Counted from the first letter of the stretch, positions 29,166-38,858 are shown. The stretch is 64,000 nt of DNA from Clostridiales bacterium (GCA_015069415.1 SVIQ01000004.1:17021-81020), one strand, 5' to 3'. Made by a program: numbers and translations. The notes: generated by a model from the letters alone, not told the origin.

Positions 29166-30065
29166 ATGAAAAAGAGAATTATTACAGGAACGTTTATATT
29201 TTTAGTTACAGCACTTTGTGTACTTGCTAAATTATTACCACATGATATTGGGGCTTATATATTTGACGTTTTCGCTTTAGCAGTTGTGATAGTAGCAGGC
29301 TTTGAAATGAGCGAAATCATGAACAAAGGCGGAAAAAATGTTAACAAATTTTTAACGTCAATGTATGGAATATTTTATTACATTGTTTTGTTAATTTGCT
29401 TAAAAGTTGCAGATTTTAATGACATTATATGGATTGAAATGTTAGCTTTAATTGCTTATGGCATAGTAACATTTCTTGTTGAATGGATTAAAGCTCCAAA
29501 AGGAAGTTTAAAAGAGCATTTCAATGTCGCTGTTAACACATTGATAGCATGTCTATATCCAAGTTTCATGTTCTGTTTGATTTTAAATATCAACCACATG
29601 GATTACTTTGTAGGAATTAGAAACTTCTCATTAATGTTTGTAGTTATGGTGTTTGCTATTTCTATGCTTACAGACACTCTTGCATTATTTGTAGGTTGTG
29701 CTCTTAAAGGTCCAAAACTTGCTCCATCAATTAGTCCTAAAAAGACAATAAGTGGTGCGTGTGGTGGTTTAATTGGCGGAATGTTAGGCGCTATGCTTGT
29801 TTTCTTAGTTATTAAGAATGTTTCAGGTCTTGCAACAATGCTTAGCCAATATGGACTTGCTTGGTGGCATTTCTTACTCATCGGTTTACTTGGTTCAGTA
29901 ATCGGTCAAGCAGGAGATTTGTTCGAAAGTAAGTTAAAAAGAAAAGTAAACATTAAAGACAGTGGAAACTTGTTCCCAGGTCACGGCGGAATGATGGACA
30001 GAGTAGATTCAATCATATTCGTAGTTGTTTTCTTAACAATTTGTTTAACAATTATCACAATGTAA
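29166..30065 (+). CDS. cdsA: Phosphatidate cytidylyltransferase
   Basis: SKLKRKVNIKDSGNLFPGHGGMMDRVDS signature. Polytopic. Confidence 0.9.
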   Translation: MKKRIITGTFIFLVTALCVLAKLLPHDIGAYIFDVFALAVVIVAGFEMSEIMNKGGKNVNKFLTSMYGIFYYIVLLICLKVADFNDIIWIEMLALIAYGIVTFLVEWIKAPKGSLKEHFNVAVNTLIACLYPSFMFCLILNINHMDYFVGIRNFSLMFVVMVFAISMLTDTLALFVGCALKGPKLAPSISPKKTISGACGGLIGGMLGAMLVFLVIKNVSGLATMLSQYGLAWWHFLLIGLLGSVIGQAGDLFESKLKRKVNIKDSGNLFPGHGGMMDRVDSIIFVVVFLTICLTIITM

Positions 30066-30107
30066 GAGTATAATTTAAAACTACTTTGAATAAAATTAAA
30101 GGAAAGT

Positions 30108-31274
30108 ATGTCCAATTTATTAAGTTTATCAAAAATATTAGTTTACGGTGGCTACATAATTGTAGCCATTCTTGTTTTGCTTCTTATGGTTCTAATTCAC
30201 GAATTAGGTCATTATGTAGCTGGAAAAATTTTAAAATTTAAAATCAATGAATTTAGCATAGGGTTTGGTCCTAAGATATTTCAAAAAACAAAGAAAAATG
30301 GCGAAAAAGTGACACTGAGAGTTTTACCTCTAGGTGGGTACTGTGCTTTTGAGGGCGAAACAGAAGATGATTTAAACAATCCCGAAGCGTTCAACAATCA
30401 AAAGCCTTGGAAAAGATTAATTGTCCTTTTTGCCGGTGCTTTCTTTAACTTCTTAAGCGGTATTATTTTCTCGTTTATTTTGCTTGTTTCTTGTGGTTAC
30501 GATTTAGTTGAAGTTAAAAAAGTCGACAGTGCATCAATGAACTATGGAATTTTTAGGAAAGGCGATGTAATCGTTGGTGTAGAAAATGAGGACTTCGATT
30601 TTGTTCATGACAAGTATTTAAACAGCCTTATTACTGAAAATCTTGAAGAAAAATATGCTAAAAACGGTGATATCAAATCAACTTATGATTACATGTACAC
30701 CGAAAAAGGCGAAAATCGTTACATGAAGAAAGAGTCTATTTCATACGAAGTTGTAAGAGATGGCGATGATATAACAATTAATGCATATATTAACGTGATA
30801 TATGATGAAAAGGGTGAATACGTTGGTTGGTCAATGTTAAACACTGAAAAAACAACTAATGAGTTTGAAATTGCTACTCATAAGTATTCATTTGGAGAAG
30901 CATTAAAAGAAGCGGTGCCGTTTACTTTTAAATGGGCATGGAAAGTGCTAATTATCTTCGGAGATTTAATCACTGGACAATTGTCAATTACTTCACTCGG
31001 CGGGCCGGTTACAACAATAAATATGATTGCTTCATATACTCAACAAAGCATAAGTTATTTAGTGTTGCTGTTGCCTTTAATAGCGGTAAATCTTGCAGTG
31101 TTTAATCTTCTTCCAATTCCGGCGTTAGACGGTTTCCAAATGATATTTACGATTATTGAATGGATAAGGAAGAAACCTGTTAAGAGAGAAGTTGTTAATA
31201 TGATTAACAACATAGGACTGATTGCATTGCTAGGCTTAGTAATTGTGGTTGATATATTACAGTTCGTACTCTAA
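30108..31274 (+). CDS. rseP: RIP zinc metalloprotease RseP/RasP (site-2 protease)
   Basis: HELGHY zinc motif in TM1. C-terminal NLLPIPALDG. Confidence 0.9.
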   Translation: MSNLLSLSKILVYGGYIIVAILVLLLMVLIHELGHYVAGKILKFKINEFSIGFGPKIFQKTKKNGEKVTLRVLPLGGYCAFEGETEDDLNNPEAFNNQKPWKRLIVLFAGAFFNFLSGIIFSFILLVSCGYDLVEVKKVDSASMNYGIFRKGDVIVGVENEDFDFVHDKYLNSLITENLEEKYAKNGDIKSTYDYMYTEKGENRYMKKESISYEVVRDGDDITINAYINVIYDEKGEYVGWSMLNTEKTTNEFEIATHKYSFGEALKEAVPFTFKWAWKVLIIFGDLITGQLSITSLGGPVTTINMIASYTQQSISYLVLLLPLIAVNLAVFNLLPIPALDGFQMIFTIIEWIRKKPVKREVVNMINNIGLIALLGLVIVVDILQFVL

Positions 31275-31276
31275 AA

Positions 31277-31302
31277 AGTGTCTAAAATATTGACACTTTT
31301 TT
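31277..31302 (+). terminator. Terminator after rseP, overlapping the next -35 box
   Basis: AGTGTC-9 nt-GACACT followed by T6. Confidence 0.5.
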
Positions 31303-31318
31303 CTTTTTTTGTTATAAT
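31290..31318 (+). promoter_or_regulatory. Consensus promoter ending 6 nt before the ATG of the exonuclease gene
   Basis: TTGACA-17 nt-TGtTATAAT, then TTCGTC, then ATG. No SD. Confidence 0.6.
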
Positions 31319-31324
31319 TTCGTC

Positions 31325-32845
31325 ATGCAAAATATAATGGAAGTTTTAAATAATATTTTTGATGGTGTGAGATTTAAAGATGCTAATTACAGAGAAAAAG
31401 ACAATGTATGCTCTGTTAATTTTTTGTATAATCCATCAAGTTTTAAACCGACAGACGAAAACAAAGAAGAAATGCTCAAAAATTTGAAAAAATATGTAGG
31501 GGATTATGTTAACTACGAAATGGTGTTTGTTTCTTGTCCTTTAGATAAGAGAGAAATCGCCAATCATACGTACACAACGTTAGTTAATAATTTTCCAGCT
31601 CTCACTAAAAATTTTACATATGATGATGTTAAAGTAGAAATCAATAATTTGAGTGTAAATATTAGTTTAAAACTCAGTCCTTCAAGCTATGATTATGCAA
31701 CTAGTCTTAAAAGAGAGGATTTAGTTGAAACTAAATTAAAAGAATCATTTTTTGCAGATTTTCATGTCACCTTTGACAAAAAAGAAGATGAGATAGAAGT
31801 TAAAGACGTAATTGCAAACAATATGGAACTTTTATCTAGTATTAAAGAAGCGGAAGAAAAAACTGTTTACGAATTGTCTAATATAACGGATATTATTGGT
31901 AAAAATGAGTATACGCTTGCAATTGATTATTCTAAAGTTAATTCAGCACTCGAAAATGTCGTAATTTGCGGAACTGTTACAAACAACCAAAAGAAAACAT
32001 ACAAACGTTCTTATACAAAAAATGGCGAAACAAAAGAAATTGAAAAAGTATTTTACAGTTTTAGCATAAAAAATGGCGACAAAGTTATGTATTGCTCAAT
32101 TTTTCCTCGTCAATCAGATGAACTTAAAGGCGATTTGATTGAAGTTGGCATGAACGTTTGTTGCTTTGGCTCATTCAGAGAATACAATGGTAAATTTAGT
32201 TTTAATGCTTTTTCAATTGCTAGATGTGAGTACAAGAGAGAAGAAATCAAGTCAGGGTTTAAGCATGTAAACGAAGAGTATCACACAGTATTCCCTGAAA
32301 AATACATAGATTACGAGCAAAGTGGTTTGTTCGATGCTCAAGACAAAACCTTTGATGGAACATATGTCGTTTTCGACGTAGAAACAACTGGTCTTGATTC
32401 GCTGAAAGATGAAATCATAGAAATCGGTGCTTGTAAAGTGACGAATGGAAGAATTGATGAAATCTTTTCAACGTTTGTAAAGCCAATTAAAAAAATTCCT
32501 AAAGAGATAACAGAACTTACTGGAATTACAGAGGAAATGGTGGCGGATGCGCCTACAATTAATTATGTTTTACCGGATTTTTACAAGTTTTGTTATGGTT
32601 CAACTCTTGTCGCGCACAATATATCTTTCGACATTGGTTTTATTCACAATATATCAAAAAGATTGTCGTACAATTTTGACCACGTCCTTATGGATACAAT
32701 CGAAATGGCAAGAGAGAAAGTTCCGGGACTAAAAAATTACAAATTGGGAACAGTTGTAGAAAAACTTGGAATTGTTCTAGATAATGCACATAGAGCGATT
32801 AATGATGCAACTGCAACTGCAAAAGTTTTTATAAAATTAATGTAA
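31325..32845 (+). CDS. OB-fold plus DEDDh 3'-5' exonuclease protein occupying the polC position (no polymerase or PHP domain)
   Basis: Exo I YVVFDVETTGLD, Exo II LVAHNISFDIGF, Exo III HRAINDATATAKVF. The upstream segment VICGTVTNNQKK...CCFGSF resembles the PolC OB domain. The protein ends right after Exo III. Confidence 0.7.
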   Translation: MQNIMEVLNNIFDGVRFKDANYREKDNVCSVNFLYNPSSFKPTDENKEEMLKNLKKYVGDYVNYEMVFVSCPLDKREIANHTYTTLVNNFPALTKNFTYDDVKVEINNLSVNISLKLSPSSYDYATSLKREDLVETKLKESFFADFHVTFDKKEDEIEVKDVIANNMELLSSIKEAEEKTVYELSNITDIIGKNEYTLAIDYSKVNSALENVVICGTVTNNQKKTYKRSYTKNGETKEIEKVFYSFSIKNGDKVMYCSIFPRQSDELKGDLIEVGMNVCCFGSFREYNGKFSFNAFSIARCEYKREEIKSGFKHVNEEYHTVFPEKYIDYEQSGLFDAQDKTFDGTYVVFDVETTGLDSLKDEIIEIGACKVTNGRIDEIFSTFVKPIKKIPKEITELTGITEEMVADAPTINYVLPDFYKFCYGSTLVAHNISFDIGFIHNISKRLSYNFDHVLMDTIEMAREKVPGLKNYKLGTVVEKLGIVLDNAHRAINDATATAKVFIKLM

Positions 32846-32851
32846 AATCTA

Positions 32852-32880
32852 TTGATTTATTTAAATTTATATGATATACT
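32852..32880 (+). promoter_or_regulatory. rimP-nusA-infB operon promoter
   Basis: TTGATT-17 nt-TGaTATACT. Confidence 0.55.
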
Positions 32881-32893
32881 AATAATACTTACT

Positions 32894-32928
32894 AGGAGTG
32901 GCCGGCGCCACTCCTAACTTAGTTTTTA
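32894..32928 (+). promoter_or_regulatory. GC-rich leader hairpin with interrupted U tract (candidate attenuator)
   Basis: AGGAGTGGC-CGGC-GCCACTCCT (9-bp stem, 32894-32915), then AACTTAGTTTTTA. Lies between the predicted TSS and the rimP RBS. Confidence 0.5.
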
Positions 32929-32937
32929 AGGAGAAGT

Positions 32938-33390
32938 ATGAAAATTGCAGATTTAGTTTTTGAAAAAATTGAACCATTATTTGATGGGGAAATTAAACTT
33001 GTGGAAGTTGATTACATTAAAAAGCAAGACGGAATGCATTTAATTGTCTACATTGACAAAGAAAATGGAATTACTATCGACGATTGTGTTGAAGTAACTC
33101 ATATGTTAAACGAACCATTGGATGAAATTAATCCAACTAAAGACGCGTCATATTCACTTGATGTGTCATCTTACGGATTGGACAAGCCTCTAAAATTTGA
33201 TTGGCAGTTTAAGAAGTATTTTGGTAAAAAAGTGAACGTCAAACTTTACAGAAAAATTGATGACAAAAAAGAATTTGTCGCAACATTAGAAGCAAAAACT
33301 GAAGACAAAGTAGTGTTCAGTCTTGATGAAGAAAATTTTGAGATTGACATGAAAGAAATTGCATACATTACACCATACATTGAATTTTAA
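32938..33390 (+). CDS. rimP: Ribosome maturation factor RimP
   Basis: Precedes nusA. Family-typical LEVSSxGLDxPL block (LDVSSYGLDKPL). Confidence 0.9.
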   Translation: MKIADLVFEKIEPLFDGEIKLVEVDYIKKQDGMHLIVYIDKENGITIDDCVEVTHMLNEPLDEINPTKDASYSLDVSSYGLDKPLKFDWQFKKYFGKKVNVKLYRKIDDKKEFVATLEAKTEDKVVFSLDEENFEIDMKEIAYITPYIEF

Positions 33391-33400
33391 GGAGAAAATA

Positions 33401-34528
33401 ATGATTAACAAAGATTTTTTTGCAGCATTAAAAGATTTGGAACAAGAAAAAGGAATTAATGAGGAAGTGTTCATTTCAGCACTTGAGCAAGCATTGACTG
33501 CAGCGTACAAGAAAAACAGCGGAATGGCTAAAAACGCACAAGTTAAATTAAATCCAGAAAAGAACACTATTAAGATTTATTCATACAGAACTGTCGTTGA
33601 ACAAGTTGAAGACGAAGAAAAAGAAATCAGTCTTGAAGAAGCAAAGCAAATTAAACATGCTTACAAGATTGGCGACATGGTAATGCAAGAAGAGTCAACT
33701 AAAGACTTTAATCGTATCGCTGTTCAAACTGCTAAACAAGTTATTACACAAAAGATTAAAGAAATTGAAAAACAATCGATTTACAAAGACATTGCAGACA
33801 AGGAAGGAAAACTAATTGTTGCAAACGTTAAACGTATTGATGTTGACAATGTTTACCTTGAAATTGGTGGAACAACTCTTGAAGGATTGCTTACAAAGCG
33901 TGATATGATGGCTACAGACAACTTAACAGTTGGACAAAGAGTAAAAGTTTATGTTCGTCACATTAAAGATGACTTTAGAGGAACTGTAGTTCAAGTTTCA
34001 AGAACTCATCCAAATTTCGTAAGAATGTTGCTTGAAATGGAAGTTCCAGAACTAACTAACGGAGAAGTGTCAATTGTTGGAATTGTGCGTGAAGCAGGAC
34101 TTAGAACTAAAATTGCTGTTTCTACTACTGTTCCAAACCTTGACCCTATCGGAGCATGTATTGGTAACAAAGGCGCACGTGTAAACGCAGTAATTAATGA
34201 ATTAAACGGTGAAAAAATTGATATAATTAATTACAGTGAAAACCCAGCAGATTACATTGTTTCAGCATTAAGCCCAGCAGAAGTTAGTGAAATTACAGTT
34301 GACACAGTTGCAGGTGTTGCAAACGTGCTTGTGCCAGAAAACAAATTGTCACTTGCTATCGGAAAGGGTGGTCACAATGTTCGTTTAGCTGCTAAACTCA
34401 CAGGTTACAAAATTGACGTGAAACCTATCTCAAGCGTTCAAGTTGAAAACAAATCAAATGATGTTGTAAGTACTGCAAACGCTAACATTATTTTGGATGA
34501 CGATTTCTTTAGTGATATCGATGAGTAA
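33401..34528 (+). CDS. nusA: Transcription termination/antitermination factor NusA
   Basis: AAGGAG RBS before ATG 33401. MINKDFFAALKDLEQEKGI. S1 domain plus two KH domains (GACIGNKGARV, LAIGKGGHNVRLA). Confidence 0.95.
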   Translation: MINKDFFAALKDLEQEKGINEEVFISALEQALTAAYKKNSGMAKNAQVKLNPEKNTIKIYSYRTVVEQVEDEEKEISLEEAKQIKHAYKIGDMVMQEESTKDFNRIAVQTAKQVITQKIKEIEKQSIYKDIADKEGKLIVANVKRIDVDNVYLEIGGTTLEGLLTKRDMMATDNLTVGQRVKVYVRHIKDDFRGTVVQVSRTHPNFVRMLLEMEVPELTNGEVSIVGIVREAGLRTKIAVSTTVPNLDPIGACIGNKGARVNAVINELNGEKIDIINYSENPADYIVSALSPAEVSEITVDTVAGVANVLVPENKLSLAIGKGGHNVRLAAKLTGYKIDVKPISSVQVENKSNDVVSTANANIILDDDFFSDIDE

Positions 34529-34531
34529 AAT

Positions 34532-34789
34532 ATGCATATAAAAAGAGAAAGACGTTGCTGTGTTTGTAGAAGCACAAAGCAACAAAAAGAAATGATAAGG
34601 GTTGCAAAGATAAACGACGAGTTTTACTTAGACCTTAATCAAAAATTAGACGGCAGAGGGGCATACGTTTGTGATTTAAGCGAGTGTCTTCTTGAAGCAA
34701 AAAAAAGAAAAGCATTAAATCGTACTTTTAAATGCGATGTCGGAAACGAGATTTATGTCAAATTGGAGGAGTATGCAAAAAATAAGTAG
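34532..34789 (+). CDS. ylxR: YlxR/RnpM (DUF448) RNA-binding protein
   Basis: RRCCVCRSTK...GRGAYVC signature. Position after nusA. Confidence 0.9.
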   Translation: MHIKRERRCCVCRSTKQQKEMIRVAKINDEFYLDLNQKLDGRGAYVCDLSECLLEAKKRKALNRTFKCDVGNEIYVKLEEYAKNK

Positions 34790-35054
34790 TTACATTGGTT
34801 TTGCAATAAAAGCTCGAAAAGTTGTGTTTGGTCAATCAATGGTAAAACACACACCCAAACAACTTCATTTAGTCCTCGTTTCAGACTCTGCTAGTGAAAA
34901 CTTAAAAGACTTAGCAAAGTTGTCAGCATCAAAGCACGGTTGTGAAATGCTGGAAATTAACGACTTAGAAAATTTAACACATAAGAAAGATATTAAGATC
35001 ATTGGTTTGTTAGATGAAAGTTTAGCAAAAGCAATTATCAACAATAAGGAGTAA
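34773..35054 (+). CDS. ylxQ: L7Ae-family RNA-binding protein YlxQ
   Basis: GGAGGAG RBS before ATG 34773. IGFAIKARKVVFG motif. Located between ylxR and infB. Confidence 0.85.
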   Translation: MQKISSYIGFAIKARKVVFGQSMVKHTPKQLHLVLVSDSASENLKDLAKLSASKHGCEMLEINDLENLTHKKDIKIIGLLDESLAKAIINNKE

Positions 35055-35059
35055 TAGAT

Positions 35060-37591
35060 TTGACCAACGAAACAAAAAATCCAGAATTTAACAAAGCAAT
35101 TAAACAATTGCAAATCATGGTTAGGGAAAAAACATTAGTGTCACTTGCCGAAAATTATTATAATTTGAAGCAAGACATTAGTGCTATTACCCGTTCGGCG
35201 AAGGAAAAGGAAAACAAGATAATAGCATCTCTAGGAAAAGAAGAAAAGAAGGTGGAAACTCCTTCTGTTGTTTCTCTTCCAAAAGAAGAGAAAGTTGTGC
35301 CTCAAGAAACTAAAACAGAGCCGGTTAAAGAACTTCAACCAAATCGTCAAGAAAATAAATTTGACAAGAATCGTAACAATAAATTTGGACAAAACAACCA
35401 AAACCAAAGAGGTAATAACTTTAATAACAGATATCAAAATGCTCAAAATGGACAAAATCCTCAATTTAGACAAAATAATCGTCCATTTGGTAATAATCAA
35501 AATAACAGATTAAACCAAAACGGAACACGTCCATTTGGAAATGGAACTAGACCTAACAATCCAAACTTTAAATCTGGTCAAAGACCTCCATTTAACAAAG
35601 ATAATCAACAAAAACGTCCAGCTATCAACTATGCTCAACCTATTATTATGGCAACTCCTCAAAGAAGTTTCGCAACTAAAAAGAAAGAGGGCGAAAGATT
35701 TGAAGAAAAACGTCAATATAGTAAGCGCGACTTGTTAAAGCGTGGAATGCTTGTTGAAGGTGATGAAGACAGAGTAATTAATCGTAAAGTTAAGAAGAAA
35801 AAAGAGGTTGCTGAAGTTAAAGTTGAACGTCCAACAGGTCCAGCTGTTATTACGACAGAAAATATCACTGTAAAATTGTTGAGTGAAGTTACAGGTAGAC
35901 CTGTCAGCGAAATCATTAAAAAGTTTATGGTTTTGGGAATGATGGTGACAATTAATTCTACAATCGACTTCGAAACCGCTGAATTGATTTTGTCTGATAT
36001 GGGAATTGAGCTTCAACAAAAACTTGACAAGACAAGTGAAGAAAAACTTGAAGATTTGAGAACAAGTATGAAGTCATACGACATGTCTGAGGCTAGTGAA
36101 AGACCTCCAATTGTTACAGTTATGGGTCACGTTGACCATGGTAAAACAAGCTTACTTGATTACATTAGAAAATCTAAAGTTACAACAGCAGAAGCTGGTG
36201 GTATCACTCAAGCAATTGGTGCTTACAAAGTTAACGTTAACAACAAATCTATTACATTTATTGACACTCCTGGACACGAAGCATTTACAGCAATGAGAGC
36301 AAGAGGTGCGTCTGTTACAGATATTGCTATTTTGATTGTTGCTGCAGATGATGGAATTATGCCTCAAACAGTTGAAGCAATCAATCACATAAAATCAGCA
36401 AATATTCCTATGATCGTTGCAATCAACAAAATGGATAAGCCACAAGCTGACCCTGATAGAATTCTTCAACAATTAGCTGAACACAACGTTCTCCCTGAAG
36501 AATGGGGTGGAGATGCTATCATTTGTAAGATTTCAGCTCATACAGGTCAAGGAATTGACAAACTTCTTGAAACAATCTTGCTTGTAGCAGAAGTTCAAGA
36601 GCTTAAAGCTAATCCAGACATTCCTGCAATGGGAACATTGATTGAAGCACGTCTTGACAAAGGAAAAGGTGCGATTGCATCTCTAATTGTACGTGACGGA
36701 TCTCTTCATATTGGAGATACAATCGTATCAGGAACAAGCATATGTAAAGTTAAAGCAATGATTGATGAAAACAACAAACAAGTCAAAGTTGCAACTCCTT
36801 CAATGCCTGTAACAGTACTAGGATTTAACGAAGTTCCAACAGCTGGTGAAACATTTACAGCAGTTGACGAAAAACTTTCAAAACAAATCGTTGAAGAAAG
36901 AAAAGCAAAAATCAAAGAAGACCTTATTAAAGGTAGCGGTGGAAACACTCTTGAAGACCTACTTCAAAAGACTAGTGAAAAAGATATGAAGATCTTGAAT
37001 GTAATTTTGAAAACAGATGTTCATGGATCTCTTGAAGCAATTAAAGCTTCTGTTTTAAAATTACAAAATGACGAAGTTAAAATTAACATATTACATTCTG
37101 GAGTGGGAGCAATCAGCGAAAGTGATGTTATCCTTGCTGGAGCGTCTAATGCTATGCTTATTGCGTTCAACATTGGTCAAGACAGCAAAGTTAAAACTAT
37201 GACTGAAAGAATGAAAATTAAGGTTTATTCTTACAAAATCATTTATGAACTCTTAGACGAAATCGAGAGAGTTGTTAAAGGTATGAAAGAACCTAAATAT
37301 GAAGAAGTTTACCTTGGACGCGCTGAATGTTTGGCAGTATTTAAACTTTCAAACGCTGGAGTTGTTGCAGGATGTATGGTTAGAGATGGAAAAATTATGC
37401 GTGGTGAACACGTAAGAATTTACCGTGGTGATGACATGATTTGTGAAACCGAAATCAAATCTCTAAAAATTGTTAAAGATGACGTAAAAGAAGCAGGAAA
37501 AGACAGAGAATGTGGAATCAAAACTAACTTCGATGATGTTCAAGTAGGAGATAGATTTGAATGTTACACTCTTAAAAGGATTGAAGAATAA
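35060..37591 (+). CDS. infB: Translation initiation factor IF-2
   Basis: TTG start. G-domain [27 protein letters not shown]-rich N-terminal linker. Confidence 0.95.
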   Translation: MTNETKNPEFNKAIKQLQIMVREKTLVSLAENYYNLKQDISAITRSAKEKENKIIASLGKEEKKVETPSVVSLPKEEKVVPQETKTEPVKELQPNRQENKFDKNRNNKFGQNNQNQRGNNFNNRYQNAQNGQNPQFRQNNRPFGNNQNNRLNQNGTRPFGNGTRPNNPNFKSGQRPPFNKDNQQKRPAINYAQPIIMATPQRSFATKKKEGERFEEKRQYSKRDLLKRGMLVEGDEDRVINRKVKKKKEVAEVKVERPTGPAVITTENITVKLLSEVTGRPVSEIIKKFMVLGMMVTINSTIDFETAELILSDMGIELQQKLDKTSEEKLEDLRTSMKSYDMSEASERPPIVTVMGHVDHGKTSLLDYIRKSKVTTAEAGGITQAIGAYKVNVNNKSITFIDTPGHEAFTAMRARGASVTDIAILIVAADDGIMPQTVEAINHIKSANIPMIVAINKMDKPQADPDRILQQLAEHNVLPEEWGGDAIICKISAHTGQGIDKLLETILLVAEVQELKANPDIPAMGTLIEARLDKGKGAIASLIVRDGSLHIGDTIVSGTSICKVKAMIDENNKQVKVATPSMPVTVLGFNEVPTAGETFTAVDEKLSKQIVEERKAKIKEDLIKGSGGNTLEDLLQKTSEKDMKILNVILKTDVHGSLEAIKASVLKLQNDEVKINILHSGVGAISESDVILAGASNAMLIAFNIGQDSKVKTMTERMKIKVYSYKIIYELLDEIERVVKGMKEPKYEEVYLGRAECLAVFKLSNAGVVAGCMVRDGKIMRGEHVRIYRGDDMICETEIKSLKIVKDDVKEAGKDRECGIKTNFDDVQVGDRFECYTLKRIEE

Positions 37592-37959
37592 TGAAAAATG
37601 TTAGATTAGAAAGAATTAACAGTCAACTTCAAAAAGAAATTTCGTTTATCATTGACAACAAAATTCGAGATCCTCAAATCGATGCAATAATAGGTGTTAG
37701 CGCGGTTGAAATCACACCAGATTTAGCTGATGCTAATGTTTATATTACATCGTTAGGATCTACTCCTAAAGAGGAAGTTATTGCTCGTATAAAGGGAGCT
37801 GGAAGTTACATTCGAAAAGAACTCGCAAAACGTATACGTTTGAGAATAACTCCTAGATTAAATTTTAAACTTGACACAAGCGAAGATTATTACAACAAAA
37901 TTGACAACATTTTAAAGAACATTACTTACTCAACAGAGAGTGATGAAGATGAAGAATAA
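37591..37959 (+). CDS. rbfA: Ribosome-binding factor A
   Basis: RINSQLQKEISFII, and PRLNFKLDTS near the C-terminus. Follows infB. Confidence 0.9.
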   Translation: MKNVRLERINSQLQKEISFIIDNKIRDPQIDAIIGVSAVEITPDLADANVYITSLGSTPKEEVIARIKGAGSYIRKELAKRIRLRITPRLNFKLDTSEDYYNKIDNILKNITYSTESDEDEE

Positions 37960-38800
37960 AGGAATAATTGCAGTAAACAAGCCTAAAGACTGGACGAGCT
38001 TTGATGTGGTGAACAAAATTAAACATTTAGTTCGTCCTTTAAAGGTAGGTCATTTAGGGACGCTTGATCCAATGGCGACTGGTGTGTTGCTAGTTACCGT
38101 AGGTAAAGCAACGAAGTTGTTTGATTTAATGCAAGAAAAGAAAAAAACGTATATTGCAACATTCGAATTTGGATACACAACTGATACATTAGATGCGGTT
38201 GGTACAAAATTGGATTCAACCTCTATAATTCCAACTAAGGATGAAATAGAAAGAGAATTAAAAAATTTCATTGGTGTTATTGACCAAATACCACCACAGT
38301 TCAGCGCAAAATCTGTGAATGGTGTTAGAGCATACGAAATGGCAAGAAAAGGTATTAGTGTTGAATTAAAGTCTAAAAAAGTAATAATTTATGACATAAA
38401 GTTGATTAGTTACAATAAAGGTGTTCTAAAACTTGAAATTGAGTGCGGTAGTGGCACTTACATTCGCTCAATCGGGCGAGATTTAGCTCTTAACTTAAAT
38501 AGTCTCGCTACCATGACCAATTTAGTTCGTTCAAAGGTTGGAAATGTTGAGTTGGATGCATGCATTGACGTTCAAAATTTAAACAAAGACAACATTTTGG
38601 AGCAAATGATGCCTTTAGATCAAGTAATTAATTATCCAGTTCTAAACGTTGACGAAATTGTAAAAACTAGACTACTTAATGGATTAACTCAAAATATCAA
38701 TCTAAGCGATGGGGAATATTTACTAAAAGAAGCTGGCGACGTTCAGGCAATTGTAAAAATTAACAATAATGTAGCCAAAATGTCCATCTTTTTAGGTTAA
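37940..38800 (+). CDS. truB: tRNA pseudouridine55 synthase
   Basis: GIIAVNKPKDWTSFDVV and GHLGTLDPMATGVL catalytic Asp motif. Start may be ATG 37949. Confidence 0.9.
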   Translation: MMKMKNKGIIAVNKPKDWTSFDVVNKIKHLVRPLKVGHLGTLDPMATGVLLVTVGKATKLFDLMQEKKKTYIATFEFGYTTDTLDAVGTKLDSTSIIPTKDEIERELKNFIGVIDQIPPQFSAKSVNGVRAYEMARKGISVELKSKKVIIYDIKLISYNKGVLKLEIECGSGTYIRSIGRDLALNLNSLATMTNLVRSKVGNVELDACIDVQNLNKDNILEQMMPLDQVINYPVLNVDEIVKTRLLNGLTQNINLSDGEYLLKEAGDVQAIVKINNNVAKMSIFLG

Positions 38801-38804
38801 AACA

Positions 38805-38833
38805 TTGTCAAAACCTTAGATTTATGATATAAT
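38805..38833 (+). promoter_or_regulatory. efp promoter
   Basis: TTGTCA-17 nt-TGaTATAAT. Confidence 0.55.
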
Positions 38834-38858
38834 AAAAAAGATTAAAGGAGAAAAATAT

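Noticed and set aside
35231-36388. Cluster of 66-94-aa ORFs on both strands within infB.
   Set aside because: They are artefacts of the N/Q-rich low-complexity and GTPase regions of the IF-2 gene. No independent start signals.
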